Assembly (NCBI GenBank): GCA_964016885.1
Contig: OZ024744.1
Span: forward strand, 86,428,001 to 86,492,000
Origin: Eledone cirrhosa
Lineage: Eukaryota
Direction: 5' to 3'
Length of the DNA stretch: 64,000 bases
Shown here: positions 1 to 12,094 of the stretch, one piece after another
Layout of the letters: each line of letters begins with the position of its first letter
Numbering within the stretch: the first letter of the stretch is position 1
Notes under the pieces: generated by a model
Databases searched by the model: none
What the model was told of the DNA's origin: nothing
Seen by the model: the letters and a program-made list of their open reading frames with translations, nothing else
Program-made: the position numbers and the translations under genes

Positions 1-3000
1 TATTAGCGTTAAATTTTCCCTGCTGTATTAGCGATAAATTTTCGAGGGTTTCTCTTAGTAGTTTTTCATGACGTTATTATTGTTAATTTTACTGATGTAG
101 TATTAACTTGGATATTTACCATGCGACCCTCAGTTCCTACCTCACAATTTCCCTCCCCCCCACCCCCACACACCACCATAGACTATTCGACCAATCAAAC
201 CTAGCATGCCATTTCCACTGCTGCTGCTACTACCTGCCTAACTAACTCTCTCCTCCTCTGGCGCATCCAACACACCCTGCCATTACCCCACCACCACTGT
301 TCTTCTAGCCCTCAATTTTCCCACCGTTATGGATGGATGAGCTGGGAATACACGAGCAACTCTGAATCAATAGATGAAATATGAATCTGCGAGCTACCAA
401 GCACCCACGTGAAGCGCCAACCCAGAGACCCTCCCCTACGAGTGTCGACAAATGCCCAAAACTCCGAGTTGGTACCATCAATGTAGGCTCAATGAAAGGA
501 AGAGCAGGAGAAATCGTAGAAATGCTAGAGCGAAAGGAAGTTGATGTATGCTGTGTGCAAGAGACTAGATGGAGAGGAGGGTCTGCTAGAGTCCTTGTAG
601 GAAAAAGCCAGTGCTACAAATTTTTCTGGGTGGGAAATGACGATGGGATGGGTGGTGTAGGTATACTATTAGCTGACAAGTGGGTAGATAAAGTAATCTC
701 AGTGTACAGGGTAAATGCAAGAATCATTAAACTCAGACTAGTCCTGAATAAGACAATTACCACAATAATATCAGCTTACGCACCCCAATCGGGGCTGCCA
801 GACGAACTTAAGGATAGGTTTTACGAGTCCCTAATACACACTACTGCTCTAACAGACGACAAGGACTTCCTAATCATTGCAGGAGATTTTAACGGACACG
901 TAGGTAAACACTGCGACGGCTTCAATAGAGTACATGGAGGCCATGGAGTTGGCACAAGGAATGAGGAAGGATTCAGACTTCTAGAATTCTGCGAGGCCAA
1001 TGACATGTCGATATGTAACACAAACTTTAAAAAACCCGACAACCACCTGATCACCTATAGATCAGGGGAGCACTCTAGTCAGTTAGATTTTATCCTCATC
1101 AGAGGACGTGACAGATGGACGGTCGTAAACACAAAAGCCTTCCCTAGTGAGGAATGTACATCCCAACATAGCTTAGTTGTCAGCGACCTCACGGTCAGAA
1201 CTAGACGAGCCCTGAAACAGAGGCCAACCTGGAGAAGAAAGATCTGGAAGCTGAAAGTCCCCTCAACCAGTAACAGATTTAAAGATATTTTACTCAACGC
1301 CTACGACAGTAAAGAAGAACAGATAGAGACATTTAACGTAGAAGAGAACTGGGAGTTCCTAAAAAATAACTTACTAGAGGCGACGGATGAGGTTTGTGGC
1401 TGGAGTAAGACCTCAAGCAGGAGGAGAGTGACTTGGTGGTGGAACAATAAGGTAGATGAAGCAGTCAAGGCCAAGAGACAGGCATGGAAAGAATGGAAGA
1501 ACGTGGGGAGCAGGGTACATTACATAGAGACCAAGAGGGAAGCTAGGCGACAAGTATACTTAGCTAGGAGGGAAGCAGAGGATAGAAAATTCAAGCATGT
1601 TTTACAACGTGAGGACCAGAAACAGGAGGTATTCAAGATTGCGAGGCAGTGTGTCAGAGATAGTTGTGATGTCATTGGAGAGAAGTGTATCCGGAATGAT
1701 AAAGGTGAGCTTGCCCTCACAAGTGCTGAGAAGAAAGATGCATGGAAGAGTCAATATGATAGATTACTAAATGAGGAGAATGCATGGGAAGAAGAGACCC
1801 TACCCCACGTAGACCCTATAGAGGGACCAGCAGTACAAGTCAGCGGCAGCGTAGTAAGTAAGGCAATCAGAGATATGAAGATAGGGAAGGCAACCGGTCC
1901 ATCGGGTATAGCTGCCGAGATGCTGAAGGCATCTGGGTCTGTAGGTCACACTATAACCACACGTATCGTTAACCAGGTAATACTAGAGGGGGCCATACCA
2001 AAAGATTGGTGCAGTAGCATCATTGTCAACTGCTACAAAGGTAAAGGCGATGCACTAGATAGAGGAAACTATAGAGGTATAAAGTTGATGGACCAGGTCA
2101 TGAAAGTAACAGAAAGAGTTATAGCACAGCTGATTAGGGACCGGGTGAATATAGACGAGATGCAATTTGGGTTTGTACCAGGGAAAGGCACCACTGATGC
2201 CCTCTTCCTTGTGAGGCAATTACAGGAAAAGTACCTAGCTAAAAGTAAGCCACTCTACTTGGCATTTGTCGACCTTGAGAAAGCCTTTGACAGAGTTCCA
2301 CGTGCAGTAATCTGGTGGGCTCTTAGAAAACTAGGAGTAGATGAATGGCTTGTGAAAGCGGTACAAGCCATGTATAGGGGAGCAGTCAGCAAAGTTAGGA
2401 TTGGCAATGAGTATAGCGAGGAATTTAGCGTACAGGTTGGGGTCCACCAGGGCTCTGTTCTTAGCCCTCTCCTGTTCATCATAGTCCTGCAGGCAATAAC
2501 GGAGGAGTTTAAGACCGGATGCCCATGGGAACTCCTGTATGCTGATGACCTCGCACTCATAGCTGAATCTATGGTAGAACTAGAGAATAAATTCCAAACC
2601 TGGAAGCAGGGACTAGAGAGAAAGGGCCTCAAAGTCAACATGACAAAGACTAAGGTCCTTATAAGTAGACGAGAAAACAGAACCCAGATCCCCTCAGGGA
2701 AATGGCCTTGCTCAGTATGTAGGAAAGGTGTAGGTAGGAACTCCATTCTCTGCCCCAAATGCAAACAATGGGTACACAAGAGATGTAGCGGGATCTCAGG
2801 AAGCTTAATTAAGAATGTAGGATTCACATGCAGCAGCTGTGCTGAAACAGCAAGCAAACAGCCACAGGAAACAAGTACCACCAATCTCTGGGAGGGCCCT
2901 GTAGAAACAGTAGACAGCTTCTGCTACCTAGGTGACCGAATTAGCAACGGAGGTGGGTGCTCAGAAAGTACAATAACTAGGGTAAGAACGGGATGGAAGA

Positions 3001-3808
3001 AGTTTAGGGAACTACTACCAATGCTAGCTGCAAAAGGCTTCTCCCTCAGAATGAAAGGCAGACTGTATGATGCGTGTATCCGAACAGCGATGTTGCATGG
3101 TAGTGAGACCTGGGCGCTGAAGGTGGAAGACTTACGTAGATTAGAGAGAAACGAAGCCTGCATGCTCCGATGGATGTGTAACAGTAATATACGTGAACGA
3201 CAAAGCATAAAGGAATTGAGAGAGAGACTGAGCATAAGAGGAATCAAATGCTGCGTGCAGGAGAGTCGGTTACGCGGGTATGGACATGTGATGCGTATGA
3301 AGGATGACAGCTGCATAAAAAGGTGCAGAGCACTAGAAGTTGATGGAAACCGCGGAGTGGGGAGACCCAAGATGACTTGGGATGAGGTGATAAAAGCCGA
3401 CCTTACCCAACTACACCTCTCAAAGTCAATGACACACGACCGTGACTTCTGGCGTCACGCAGTAATACATGGTACCCGACCTCCCATGGGTACATGCTGA
3501 AGCATATAAACAATATGCCCCCACTCCCCCCACCGCAAGGTGGTCGTGGAGGTGCCACGGCAAAAAAGCACCCAGCCCACACTGTAAAGTGGACGTGTAG
3601 GCGCCACGAAAAAGCACCCAGCACTCACTGTAAATGAGGTTGGTGTTAGGAAGGGCATCCAGCTGTAGAAATCAAGCCAGATCAGTTCCTGTATGAGCAG
3701 GGCATGGTCAGCCGACCAGACACTGCCCACAACAGGACAACCCGTCTAACCCATGCTAGCGTGGAAGAACGGACGTAAAACGGTGATGATGATGATGATG
3801 ATGATGAT
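1..3808 (+). mobile_element. RTE-clade non-LTR retrotransposon (LINE), near full length, with (GAT)n tail
   Basis: Single APE+RT ORF at 381-3500, a 3'UTR with an internal ~45-bp imperfect duplication (about 3552-3640), and a (GAT)n tail at 3784-3808. The 5' end may lie upstream of the window. Confidence 0.9.
381..3500 (+). CDS. RTE LINE polyprotein: APE endonuclease, reverse transcriptase, PHD-type zinc finger
   Basis: Uninterrupted 1039 aa ORF. APE motifs GTINV, VQETRW, SAYAPQ, AGDFNGH, LDFIL, SQH. RT motifs QFGF, FVDLEKAFD, GVHQGSVLSP, YADD, YLG. RTE-type C-terminus GHVMR...GRPKMTW. Confidence 0.95.
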   Translation: MNLRATKHPREAPTQRPSPTSVDKCPKLRVGTINVGSMKGRAGEIVEMLERKEVDVCCVQETRWRGGSARVLVGKSQCYKFFWVGNDDGMGGVGILLADKWVDKVISVYRVNARIIKLRLVLNKTITTIISAYAPQSGLPDELKDRFYESLIHTTALTDDKDFLIIAGDFNGHVGKHCDGFNRVHGGHGVGTRNEEGFRLLEFCEANDMSICNTNFKKPDNHLITYRSGEHSSQLDFILIRGRDRWTVVNTKAFPSEECTSQHSLVVSDLTVRTRRALKQRPTWRRKIWKLKVPSTSNRFKDILLNAYDSKEEQIETFNVEENWEFLKNNLLEATDEVCGWSKTSSRRRVTWWWNNKVDEAVKAKRQAWKEWKNVGSRVHYIETKREARRQVYLARREAEDRKFKHVLQREDQKQEVFKIARQCVRDSCDVIGEKCIRNDKGELALTSAEKKDAWKSQYDRLLNEENAWEEETLPHVDPIEGPAVQVSGSVVSKAIRDMKIGKATGPSGIAAEMLKASGSVGHTITTRIVNQVILEGAIPKDWCSSIIVNCYKGKGDALDRGNYRGIKLMDQVMKVTERVIAQLIRDRVNIDEMQFGFVPGKGTTDALFLVRQLQEKYLAKSKPLYLAFVDLEKAFDRVPRAVIWWALRKLGVDEWLVKAVQAMYRGAVSKVRIGNEYSEEFSVQVGVHQGSVLSPLLFIIVLQAITEEFKTGCPWELLYADDLALIAESMVELENKFQTWKQGLERKGLKVNMTKTKVLISRRENRTQIPSGKWPCSVCRKGVGRNSILCPKCKQWVHKRCSGISGSLIKNVGFTCSSCAETASKQPQETSTTNLWEGPVETVDSFCYLGDRISNGGGCSESTITRVRTGWKKFRELLPMLAAKGFSLRMKGRLYDACIRTAMLHGSETWALKVEDLRRLERNEACMLRWMCNSNIRERQSIKELRERLSIRGIKCCVQESRLRGYGHVMRMKDDSCIKRCRALEVDGNRGVGRPKMTWDEVIKADLTQLHLSKSMTHDRDFWRHAVIHGTRPPMGTC

Positions 3809-3813
3809 ATGCA

Positions 3814-3936
3814 TATATATTTAATATAGAAATGTTTTCTACAGGAGTAGAACTGTTTCAATCGAAGGAAATCATCCTTCCTTCGAAGGAAATAGTTCTA
3901 GACCTCTAGAAGCCATTTCTATATTAAATATATATA
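3814..3936. repeat. Small fold-back element with ~21-bp terminal inverted repeats
   Basis: TATATATTTAATATAGAAATG (3814-3834) is the reverse complement of CATTTCTATATTAAATATATA (3914-3934). There is an internal hairpin TCGAAGGAA...TTCCTTCGA. Confidence 0.6.
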
Positions 3937-4008
3937 CTCTGCTATATATTGAGTACCTTACTTACTGTGGTTACCCCCGATTGAGCCCCCGGATACCCCC
4001 CTCCCCTG

Positions 4009-4068
<60 letters not shown>

Positions 4069-4214
4069 TAATTTTATATTAATGTTTATAAAAAATAAAT
4101 CATCTCACGGAATTCCAAAATTCTTTCGTCAAACCCTGCATTTTCCCCGGAATCTGCTTTGAAAAAACTGTTCAAGAGAAAAACAATATGTGTTTGTTGT
4201 CTCTGTCCATTTTG

Positions 4215-4689
4215 TCATTGTAGGTTTAAGTAGATGTATTTAACTTGTATGGAAATGAAGCTTTCATGTTGAAAGTTAACTAGGAATGAAGATGTGGCAT
4301 CATTTATAAAAAGGTTGACCGTTGTTAGCTGTGACAGAAAGTTTGTCATTAATATGCAGATGAGTGGGTATTGAGAACCTAACAATACTTTGTTGTACAC
4401 AGGAGTTGATTGAGTGTGGGTGAAATATAGACTCGTCTACTAACGTCAAGAAGATTAACATCCACAGGATAAGAGGCATATGGAGTTTAAGATAAGGTTC
4501 ACCATAACAAATGCGAACGAATGCATTCTAAATATCCAATGCAATGATAGCACTTTTACCAACATTTCCCATAAAAGATCAATTCTCCAGGAGATTTAGA
4601 TCTCTACAATCTGTACTTCTTTATTCTGAGAATGTAGGACATTATATGTGGTGATTGTTAACCACAGTCTTCCTTATATTTAAGATCTT

Positions 4690-4734
<45 letters not shown>

Positions 4735-5270
4735 GGAGAGGGGAGTGTGTGTGTGTGTATGTGGTAGTTCAGTGATTAACACAGTTTGAGAGATTGGCCG
4801 TAGGGTTAATGGAACACAGTGAAGTATATTTCCAAAGAATATATATTTATAAATGTATTTACTTAAATAAGTATTTATTTCGCACAATGAAAGTTGGTGG
4901 ATAGTTGGATGATATTTCTAGCAGGTCAAGCAAAGATTCTCTCATAGATGCAACACTTAGAGAGGTTAACCGTTATGGCAATGGAACATTCTGTAACATA
5001 TTTTAAGCGATGGGAATAGATTCCTGCAGGTTTTATTTTTAACCGGGTTAAATAAGTAAATAGCGGGTGAGGGTGGATTGAACGTAGCAGTCCCCATGTC
5101 TGTCTTTCTGATTGTGGTTGTAATTTAGGTTGTAGACAGGACAGTAAGTATGGCATTACGACAAGGGCTCCGAGATAAATATATCGAATCATATGTATAG
5201 GTTTAATGCTAACAGTAAGACATATATGGGCTCCTGTAGAGCAGTTGCTGTGTTTATATGAAATATACAA
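4215..5270 (-). pseudogene. Highly decayed CR1/Jockey-like LINE reverse transcriptase remnant, interrupted by microsatellites
   Basis: Hand translation of the minus strand gives degenerate RT motifs in the expected order: KPAGI..LK, LRPISQT (cf. YRPISL), IIALDI*NAF (cf. ALDISKAFD), HSINSCVQQ (cf. INSGVPQG), HIND. Confidence 0.55.
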
Positions 5271-5627
5271 AGTGAAAAAAAATAGGAACGGGTGAGCAAA
5301 TTGAGCGAGGGCGACAGATGGATTGACAGAAAAGAAACAATGAAGATACAGAGAGAGAGAGTGAGAGAGAGAGAGAGAGAGGGGGGGAGAGAGAGAGAGA
5401 GAGGGAGAGAGAGAGAGAGGGTAGAGATATATAGAGACAGACATGGTCAGAAAAGTAAGAATATGGTTGTCCTGATAATCTAACAACAGGAACGCAATAA
5501 GTGATTAAAAGGGTTAAAAAGATTTAAAAAAAGCTTTATGGCAAATATATGTGTATGTATGTATGTATGTATGTATGTATGTATGTATGTATGTATGTAT
5601 GTATGTATGTATGTATGTATGTATGTA

Positions 5628-6091
5628 GGGAGAAAGAACTCATAAGAGTCAACGACCTTCCAAAAGTGTATAAATATGTATATACACATGTACATATGTA
5701 TGTATATGTGTATATACATGGGTGCATGTGTATGTATATGCACGGGGACATAGAAATAGTCGGGCTGGACACCCGGTCGTGCGGTTAAACCACTGGGAGT
5801 AAAGGACCCCTAGCCTTTGTCAGGGCATTCTTCTAGAAGGCAACTCAGGAAACTGGGATAACTCCCATATAAAACCTGCGGCTCAGTAGTTACCGATGAT
5901 GTTGATCTTTTCTTCTTTTCGGGTTATAGCTACTGTCACTCAGAGAGTGGGTTTGGCTCAGTGTACAGTCTTTCCACACTTTAAAAAATATCTTCACGCA
6001 CAGGCATTACACAATAGAATTAATTAATACCACTTAATCAAGGTATATCGTGCAATGACCATATTCGATAACGAGGGGGCAGCCATCATGT
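5628..6091 (+). mobile_element. Non-autonomous RTE-related short element, diverged copy 1 (split by a microsatellite)
   Basis: Shares blocks with 6405-6970: TAAGAGTCAA, GACCCC(T)TAGCCTTTGTCA, and a 3' end TCGA.AACGAG..GGCAGCCA.CATGTA. It follows a (TATG)n tract. Confidence 0.55.
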
Positions 6092-6174
6092 AAAACGTAA
6101 ACAGAAATAAAAACACAATCGGTACAGTATGTGGAAGAGATATATTAGGTTAACCCTTGATGTAGGAGAAAGAG

Positions 6175-6215
6175 GGTCTTAACGATTCGGACGCTAGTCC
6201 TTCATAAGAAGAAAG
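6175..6215 (-). ncRNA. Degenerate minimal hammerhead ribozyme motif (Penelope pLTR remnant)
   Basis: The minus strand reads CTTATGA-AGGAC-TAGC-GTCC-GAATCGTT, against the consensus CUGAUGA-stem II-GAAAC. Two core substitutions make it probably inactive. Confidence 0.45.
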
Positions 6216-6404
6216 AATGAGCAATACGGTAGATTGAGGGGACGGGCGGGCTGGAACTGGAAAAAATGTCTTTGGATAAAAATAACAGTTCATTCATGTT
6301 AATATCTCTTGCAAAACTGTTGGTGCTGGCGTATTGTGTATGATTATGTATATATGTATGTATGTATGTATGTATGTTTGTATGTATGTATGTATCTATG
6401 TCTC

Positions 6405-6970
6405 ATGGTCGGGTCGTTGGCGACTAAACTGGCAACCCCACCAAGCTTTCTTGGTGAGGAGGGTGACTTTGGACATCATCCAGGACTAAAAACAAAACCT
6501 GTCAAAGGGCAAAGGAGCTCTTAAGAGTCAATGGCCATCCAAAATCACCGGGAGAGATGACCCCTTAGCCTTTGTCAAGGCAGAATTCTAGGAGAAGGAA
6601 AACTCTGATATAACACCTGCAACCCTGATGGTATCCAATGATATTGACTTGTTCTTCTTTTTGGTAAATATCATCTTGGTTAAGAGAGCGGGACTGGCTT
6701 TGTGCAGTGCCTTTGCTCACTATTAAAGCTTCACGGCACAGGCATTGCTTTATATCTGGAGATCTCTCTGCACTTGTCGTCACTGGTACCATGGGCCCAG
6801 CACTATGTGTCAATAATTGTCACATGTTTAGTGTTCGTACCAGAGTTTTCAAGTCGCTGGCTGGACTAAAAATTCACACTCGTTCAGCACATCGGTAGGG
6901 GTTCTCCTACATGGATATAAAGTAGTGGACGTACTCGAAAACGAGTTGGCAGCCACCATGTATCTATGTA
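6405..6970 (+). mobile_element. Non-autonomous RTE-related short element, copy 2, flanked by (TATG)n
   Basis: Homologous to 5628-6091, with (TATG)n on both sides and no coding capacity. Confidence 0.55.
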
Positions 6971-6988
6971 TGTATGTATGTATATATG

Positions 6989-7418
6989 TTCTTCTGGTTT
7001 TATAATTTCACAAATTTTTTCCCAATAGATACAGGACTCTCTCATTGGAATTTACACAACATCAACTAGGTAGATATGTATGTATGCATGCATGTGTAGT
7101 TATGCATGTTATTGTATGTGTGGATGTGTATGTTTTGAGTTGTATGTGTGCATGTGTATATGAGTTGTATCTGTACATGTGTATATGCAGTTATTAGATG
7201 CAACATTTTTGGAATGTTTTACATATTTTTACTGTTCCATTAATGGATTGTACTTGTAATTTCCTAACTAGTTGTGTTCTTTCTGTTCTTGTGAAGCCCA
7301 GCTTCTCAGGATTTATATTGAGGTAGTTACTAACATACCCCAGTGCCCCAATAATCACAGACATAAATCTGAAGGTGTAATCAGGGTGGAGTATCTGCAG
7401 ATTTCTCATCAGTTCTGC
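6989..7418 (-). mobile_element. 5'-truncated RLE-type (R4/NeSL-like) LINE 3' end inside (CATA)n
   Basis: Peptide AELMRNLQILHPDYTFRFMSVIIGALGYV...GTVKICKTF matches the C-terminus of RLE LINEs. (TATG)n lies on both sides (6961-6988 and 7419-7505). Confidence 0.7.
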
Positions 7419-7589
7419 ATGTATGTATGTATGTATGTATGTATGTATGTATGTATGTATGTATGTATGTATGTATGTATGTATGTATGTATGTATGTAT
7501 GTATGTGTATGTGTGTTTGTTGTATGTATATACATATATTTATATATATATACATATATCTATCTATATATATATCTATATATACATGC

Positions 7590-7679
<90 letters not shown>

Positions 7680-7723
7680 ATATCTATATAGTTAAAAGAA
7701 TAGAGGTGTAACACACCAGTTAT

Positions 7724-8220
7724 TATATATTGGTAAACGGAATAGAAAATGCTGACAAATTGTTCACAGTTGAAAAATGGTTTAATTAGGAATAAAAGAG
7801 TATTAGTGATTGTATGGGTTAATATTCAGTTGTGGTTTTAAGTTTTTAAGTTTTTACCGGGTGCACATTTCTAAATGCTTTTCAAAAATAATTTTGAGAT
7901 AGAGTGTCCGTGTTGTTTGCTCTGATCTGATTAGTTTTGGGAATTCTACCTGTTTTTATGTTAAAAAAGTGGCTCCAGCGTTACTTTGGTGTTGCAAAAA
8001 TTCTTGTGGTCAAAACAATTTTGATTGGTCGGTAGAGGTCATGTGAATGTAAAAAATTGATTTTGCGCCAAGACTGTTTTTATGTTAAAAAAGTAGCTCC
8101 AGCGCTACTTGGTGTTTGCAAAAATTCTTGTGGTCAAAACAATTTTGATTGGTTGGTAGAGGTCATGTGAATAAAAAATTGGTTTTGCGCCAAGATTGAG
8201 AAATGACTCTTTCACAACAA

Positions 8221-8266
<46 letters not shown>

Positions 8267-8331
8267 TAGTAGTAAGGTGTTCGATGTTGTGATAATGGTT
8301 AGCAGGGATGTGTGTCAAATGGCTATTACGT

Positions 8332-8379
<48 letters not shown>

Positions 8380-8734
8380 GTATAGCAGAGTAATTCGTGG
8401 TAGCAGGGATGGTCAGTAAGAATGTGTCTGAAAGCAATGGGGGGTATTTTAGCATGTCAAAAGATATTTTTCAGCTTTTGTCTTATACGGAGAAGTGTGT
8501 GTGTGTGTGTGTGTGTATAAGTCTCTTTGTATGTTAATGTACGCGTGTGTATGTGTGTGTGTGTATATATATATGTGTGTGGGGGGGGGGGATCAGTATT
8601 TTTTTCCCCCTGGTAAAATGGTGTACATTATTCGATTTTTTCAGTAAAATCGGTTCTCTTAATAGAACATCAAAAATCTTAACAATAAAAGGTGTGAAAT
8701 GATATTCACTATATATATATACACATACATATAT

Positions 8735-8792
<58 letters not shown>

Positions 8793-10898
8793 TTTTTTTG
8801 TGTTGCACCATAGAGCATGTGTGTTTACGTATGTCATTGTGTTTATATGTGAGTAGAGATGTGTGCTGATGTAGGTATGTATGTTGACGTGTGTATGTTG
8901 TGGGTTCGTCTTAGGGAGAAGTGTTTAGACGGGGTCCGTATTTGTTAATGAAGTAAGATTCCTTGCTGATGCGCTGGGTGTGGGTGGCATTATCTTTAAA
9001 TTTGTAGAGGGGAAAGATTCTGAAGTTGGGATGATTTTGGGCGGCACAGGTATCAATGTGTTCACTCAGTGGTATTTTCCTGTATTCCCGTATTTTAATT
9101 TGGGATCTATGGACAGTCATGCGTTGGCGGAGGTTGTTTTTGGTCTGGCCTATGTATTGTTCTCGACAACTTGAGCAAGTTAATACATATATTAGATTTT
9201 CCGATGCACATGTGAAATTGTGTTTTACTATAAAACGTTGTCCATCTTTGAAATAGAATTCCGAACCCTCTATTAGGTTGATGCAAATGCCACAGTTGGG
9301 TCTATCGCATTTTTTTACTGTGGGTTTCGTTGTTGTGGTTGGCAGTACTTTGGCATGTGTTAGGATGTTTTTCATTGACTTGGATTGTCTTTTGCTCTTT
9401 ATGATATCGTGTGTTCGTAGAATTTGGTTCATTCTATGGTCCTTTTTCAACACAGAGATGTTCTGGAGGATGGTGTCAAAGGCCTCATTGTTGAGGGTGT
9501 TGTGTGTGGAGATGTATGGAAGAGCTTTTAGTTTCGGTTGATTTACTTTAGGGTGTCTAAGGTCCTGGGTACTGAGTTTTAGGGCACGTTGGATTCCATT
9601 GTCAATTAGTGATGCAGGGTAGTCCCTGCCTATGAGTGTGTCCTTTAGATCTTGTAGCCGTAAGTAGCAGATGTTTTTATTGGAGACTATAGTACAGATT
9701 CTCTTGGCTAAGTTGTAGGGAATATTAATTTTAACGTGTCTAGGGTGGCAAGAGTTGAAGGGGAGATATTGCTTGGAGTCTGTGGGCTTGTAGTATATGT
9801 CTGTTTCTATTTTTTTTGTTATGGATCTTAATGAGGATGTCGAGGAAGGGGAGTTGTTGATGGCTGTATTCCATCGTGAAGTTAATATTCGTGTTGAGCC
9901 CATTTATAAGGGTGTGAAATTCTTTAAGTTTTTCGATGTTTTCGTGCCAAAGGATGAAGTAGTCATCTAGATATCGCTTCCAGTTCCTTTCAATGTGTAA
10001 GTGGAGGGTGTTTCCAAATTTGTTTAGGACTTTAGTGTAGAGGGTGATTTCCAGGTATCCCATGACTAGGTTGGCATAAGTGGGGGCTGTTTTCGTTCCC
10101 ATAGCGGTCCCAGATTTCTGCCTGTAGGGTTTGTTATTGAAACCGAAGTAATTGTTCTCCAAGATAAATTTGAGTCCCTCTATCACGAATTCTTTTTTGA
10201 TGCGTTGTGGGAGTTCATTGTGGAAATTATCCAGCCAGAATTGGATAGCTTCTATTCCTAGGTTGTGGGGGATGTTGGAGTATAGGTTGACTACATCGAA
10301 CGTCACTAGTAGGGTTTGTTCAGAAAGTGGCATATTAGGGAGGTGATTGAGCATATCTAGGTCGTCCCTTATATAGATTTTGATGTGCTTGAGGAAGGGT
10401 TTGAGAAGGGTATCAATGAAGTTGCTAAGACGGTGCGTTTCGCAAGCGGGGCCTGCTATTATAGGTCTTAATTTGAGATCATTGGGTGAGGAGACATTGA
10501 TGACTATGTCTGTGGCTTCCTTGCATGCCTTACTTATTGATTCGCTTTTATGTACTTTAAATCAATTTTTTACATTCACATGACCTCTACCGACCAATCA
10601 AAATTGTTTTGACCACAAGAATTTTTGTAACACCAAAGTAACGCTAGAGCCACTTTTTTAACATAAAAACAGGTAGAATTCCCAAAACTAATCAGATCAG
10701 AGCAAACAGCACGGACACTCTATCTCAAAATTATTTTTGAAAAGCATTTAGAAATGCGCAACCGGTAAAAACTTAAAAACTTAAAACCACAACTGAATAC
10801 TAACCCATACAATTACTAATACTCTTTTATTCCTAATTAAACCATTTTTCAACTGTGAACAATTTGTCAGCATTTTCTATTCCGTTTACCAATATATA
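7724..10898 (-). mobile_element. Penelope-like element (RT + GIY-YIG), 5'-truncated, with an inverted terminal segment, in TA-rich sites
   Basis: Coding remnant 8911-10555. A ~340-bp inverted repeat (7724-8062 vs 10559-10898) brackets the element, and there is an internal ~120-bp tandem duplication (7949-8073 / 8074-8194). Confidence 0.9.
8911..10555 (-). pseudogene. Penelope-like RT/GIY-YIG ORF, frameshifted in an A-run near 9810
   Basis: RPIIAGP, TFDVVNLYSNIP, GTAMGTKTAP, RYLDD, LPFLD, YYKPTD, a CDRPNCGIC linker, LIYVLTC...YIGQT...LRQRMTVH (GIY-YIG). Confidence 0.9.
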
Positions 10899-10910
10899 TA
10901 TATATATATG

Positions 10911-10981
10911 TATAAGAAAAAAATTCGTTATACTGAACAGTTCGTTATAATGGTATTCGTTATAACGGAATTTTACCTGTA
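10911..10981 (-). mobile_element. Terminal fragment of a Tc1/pogo-like MITE
   Basis: The minus strand reads TA|CAGGTAAAATTCCGTTATAACG followed by repeated TATAACGAA subterminal motifs. Confidence 0.4.
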
Positions 10982-11529
10982 TATATGCTACAATGTCAGG
11001 TGCCAGAAAACATTTTATTTTTTCTTGTGTTGTTTACCGGACAAACTAACTGAAGATACGAATGCCAATTCCGAGTTGACTATATATATATATATGCTTG
11101 TGTGTCTGTCTATATATGTATGTTTACATGCATGATTGAATACACTAAGCTTTGGATTTAGAACTGTTAGAATCGTATATATTTACTAACAGTTGGCTTC
11201 GGTGAAACCAACGTTGGTGTGGGTAGATATCAATATCTTTTTTTATTAATTCATCTGATTATTTAAATCACTGATATAAGTTGCATTAATTTTATTGATA
11301 ACCATGATTGATTTGTTCGGTTATTGCCACTGCACCCTTAAATGTGTATGAGTATACTTTGTTCCTTGAATTCATTTCAGTTATCAATGAGGAAGATAGT
11401 GTGTGGCACGGTATTTCACGATAGTAAAACAATGGATTAATTACTTTAGTTCACAGTGTCTAGTTCCTTCGTTGTTTAATATTACACACACATATATATA
11501 AATATAGTTCAAGAATAATAAGCAAGACA

Positions 11530-11995
11530 AACACGGGAGACCCTGGGGTAGACCTCGAGCAAGATGGTTGGATAACATCTATGAGCTTGGTTGGTCTTAG
11601 CTTGGGCATCCAGACGGATTAATTAATGAGGGTTACTTCTGACAGAGTAAACAGAGACTCAGATTTGCTGACCACTGTTGGCGCAGCAAGGAAGAAATAG
11701 CAGGTGATGTATTGTTATGGAGTCCATCTCATGGAGTAAGAAACGCTGGTCGTCCCAAGAAGTCATACGTCAAGCAACTTGAGGACGATACTGGATGCAA
11801 TGCGGAAGAATTGGCAAACGCTATGAGAGACAGAGATAGATGGAGGAAACGTGTCGTAGAGAGCCGAGCAAGCTCGACCTGATGATGATGACTTCTGACA
11901 GCACACGCTGGTAGAAGTGTCTAATGAATCTGTCCCCACGATCCACTCGGGAATAAGTGGACGAAGAAAAAGAAGAAGAAGCAGAAGAAGAACAA
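11530..11995 (+). mobile_element. Nested RTE 3' fragments: an inner element (11646-11890) inserted into an outer one
   Basis: Inner peptide RFADHCWRSKEE...GRPKKSY...MRDRDRW with a (TGA)n tail. An 11-bp target-site duplication ACTTCTGACAG lies at 11635-11645 and 11891-11901. The outer element reads GRPRARWLDNI... and ends in a (GAA)n-like tail. Confidence 0.8.
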
Positions 11996-12005
11996 GAATA
12001 ACACA

Positions 12006-12094
<89 letters not shown>

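Noticed and set aside
3840-3910. Possible hammerhead inside the small fold-back element
   Set aside because: GAAAC and a hairpin are present on the minus strand, but there is no recognisable CUGANGA or UUGANAA core.
7724-10898. DNA transposon interpretation of the 340-bp inverted repeats
   Set aside because: The enclosed ORF is RT + GIY-YIG, not a transposase, and the inverted segment directly abuts the truncated RT as in Penelope-like elements.
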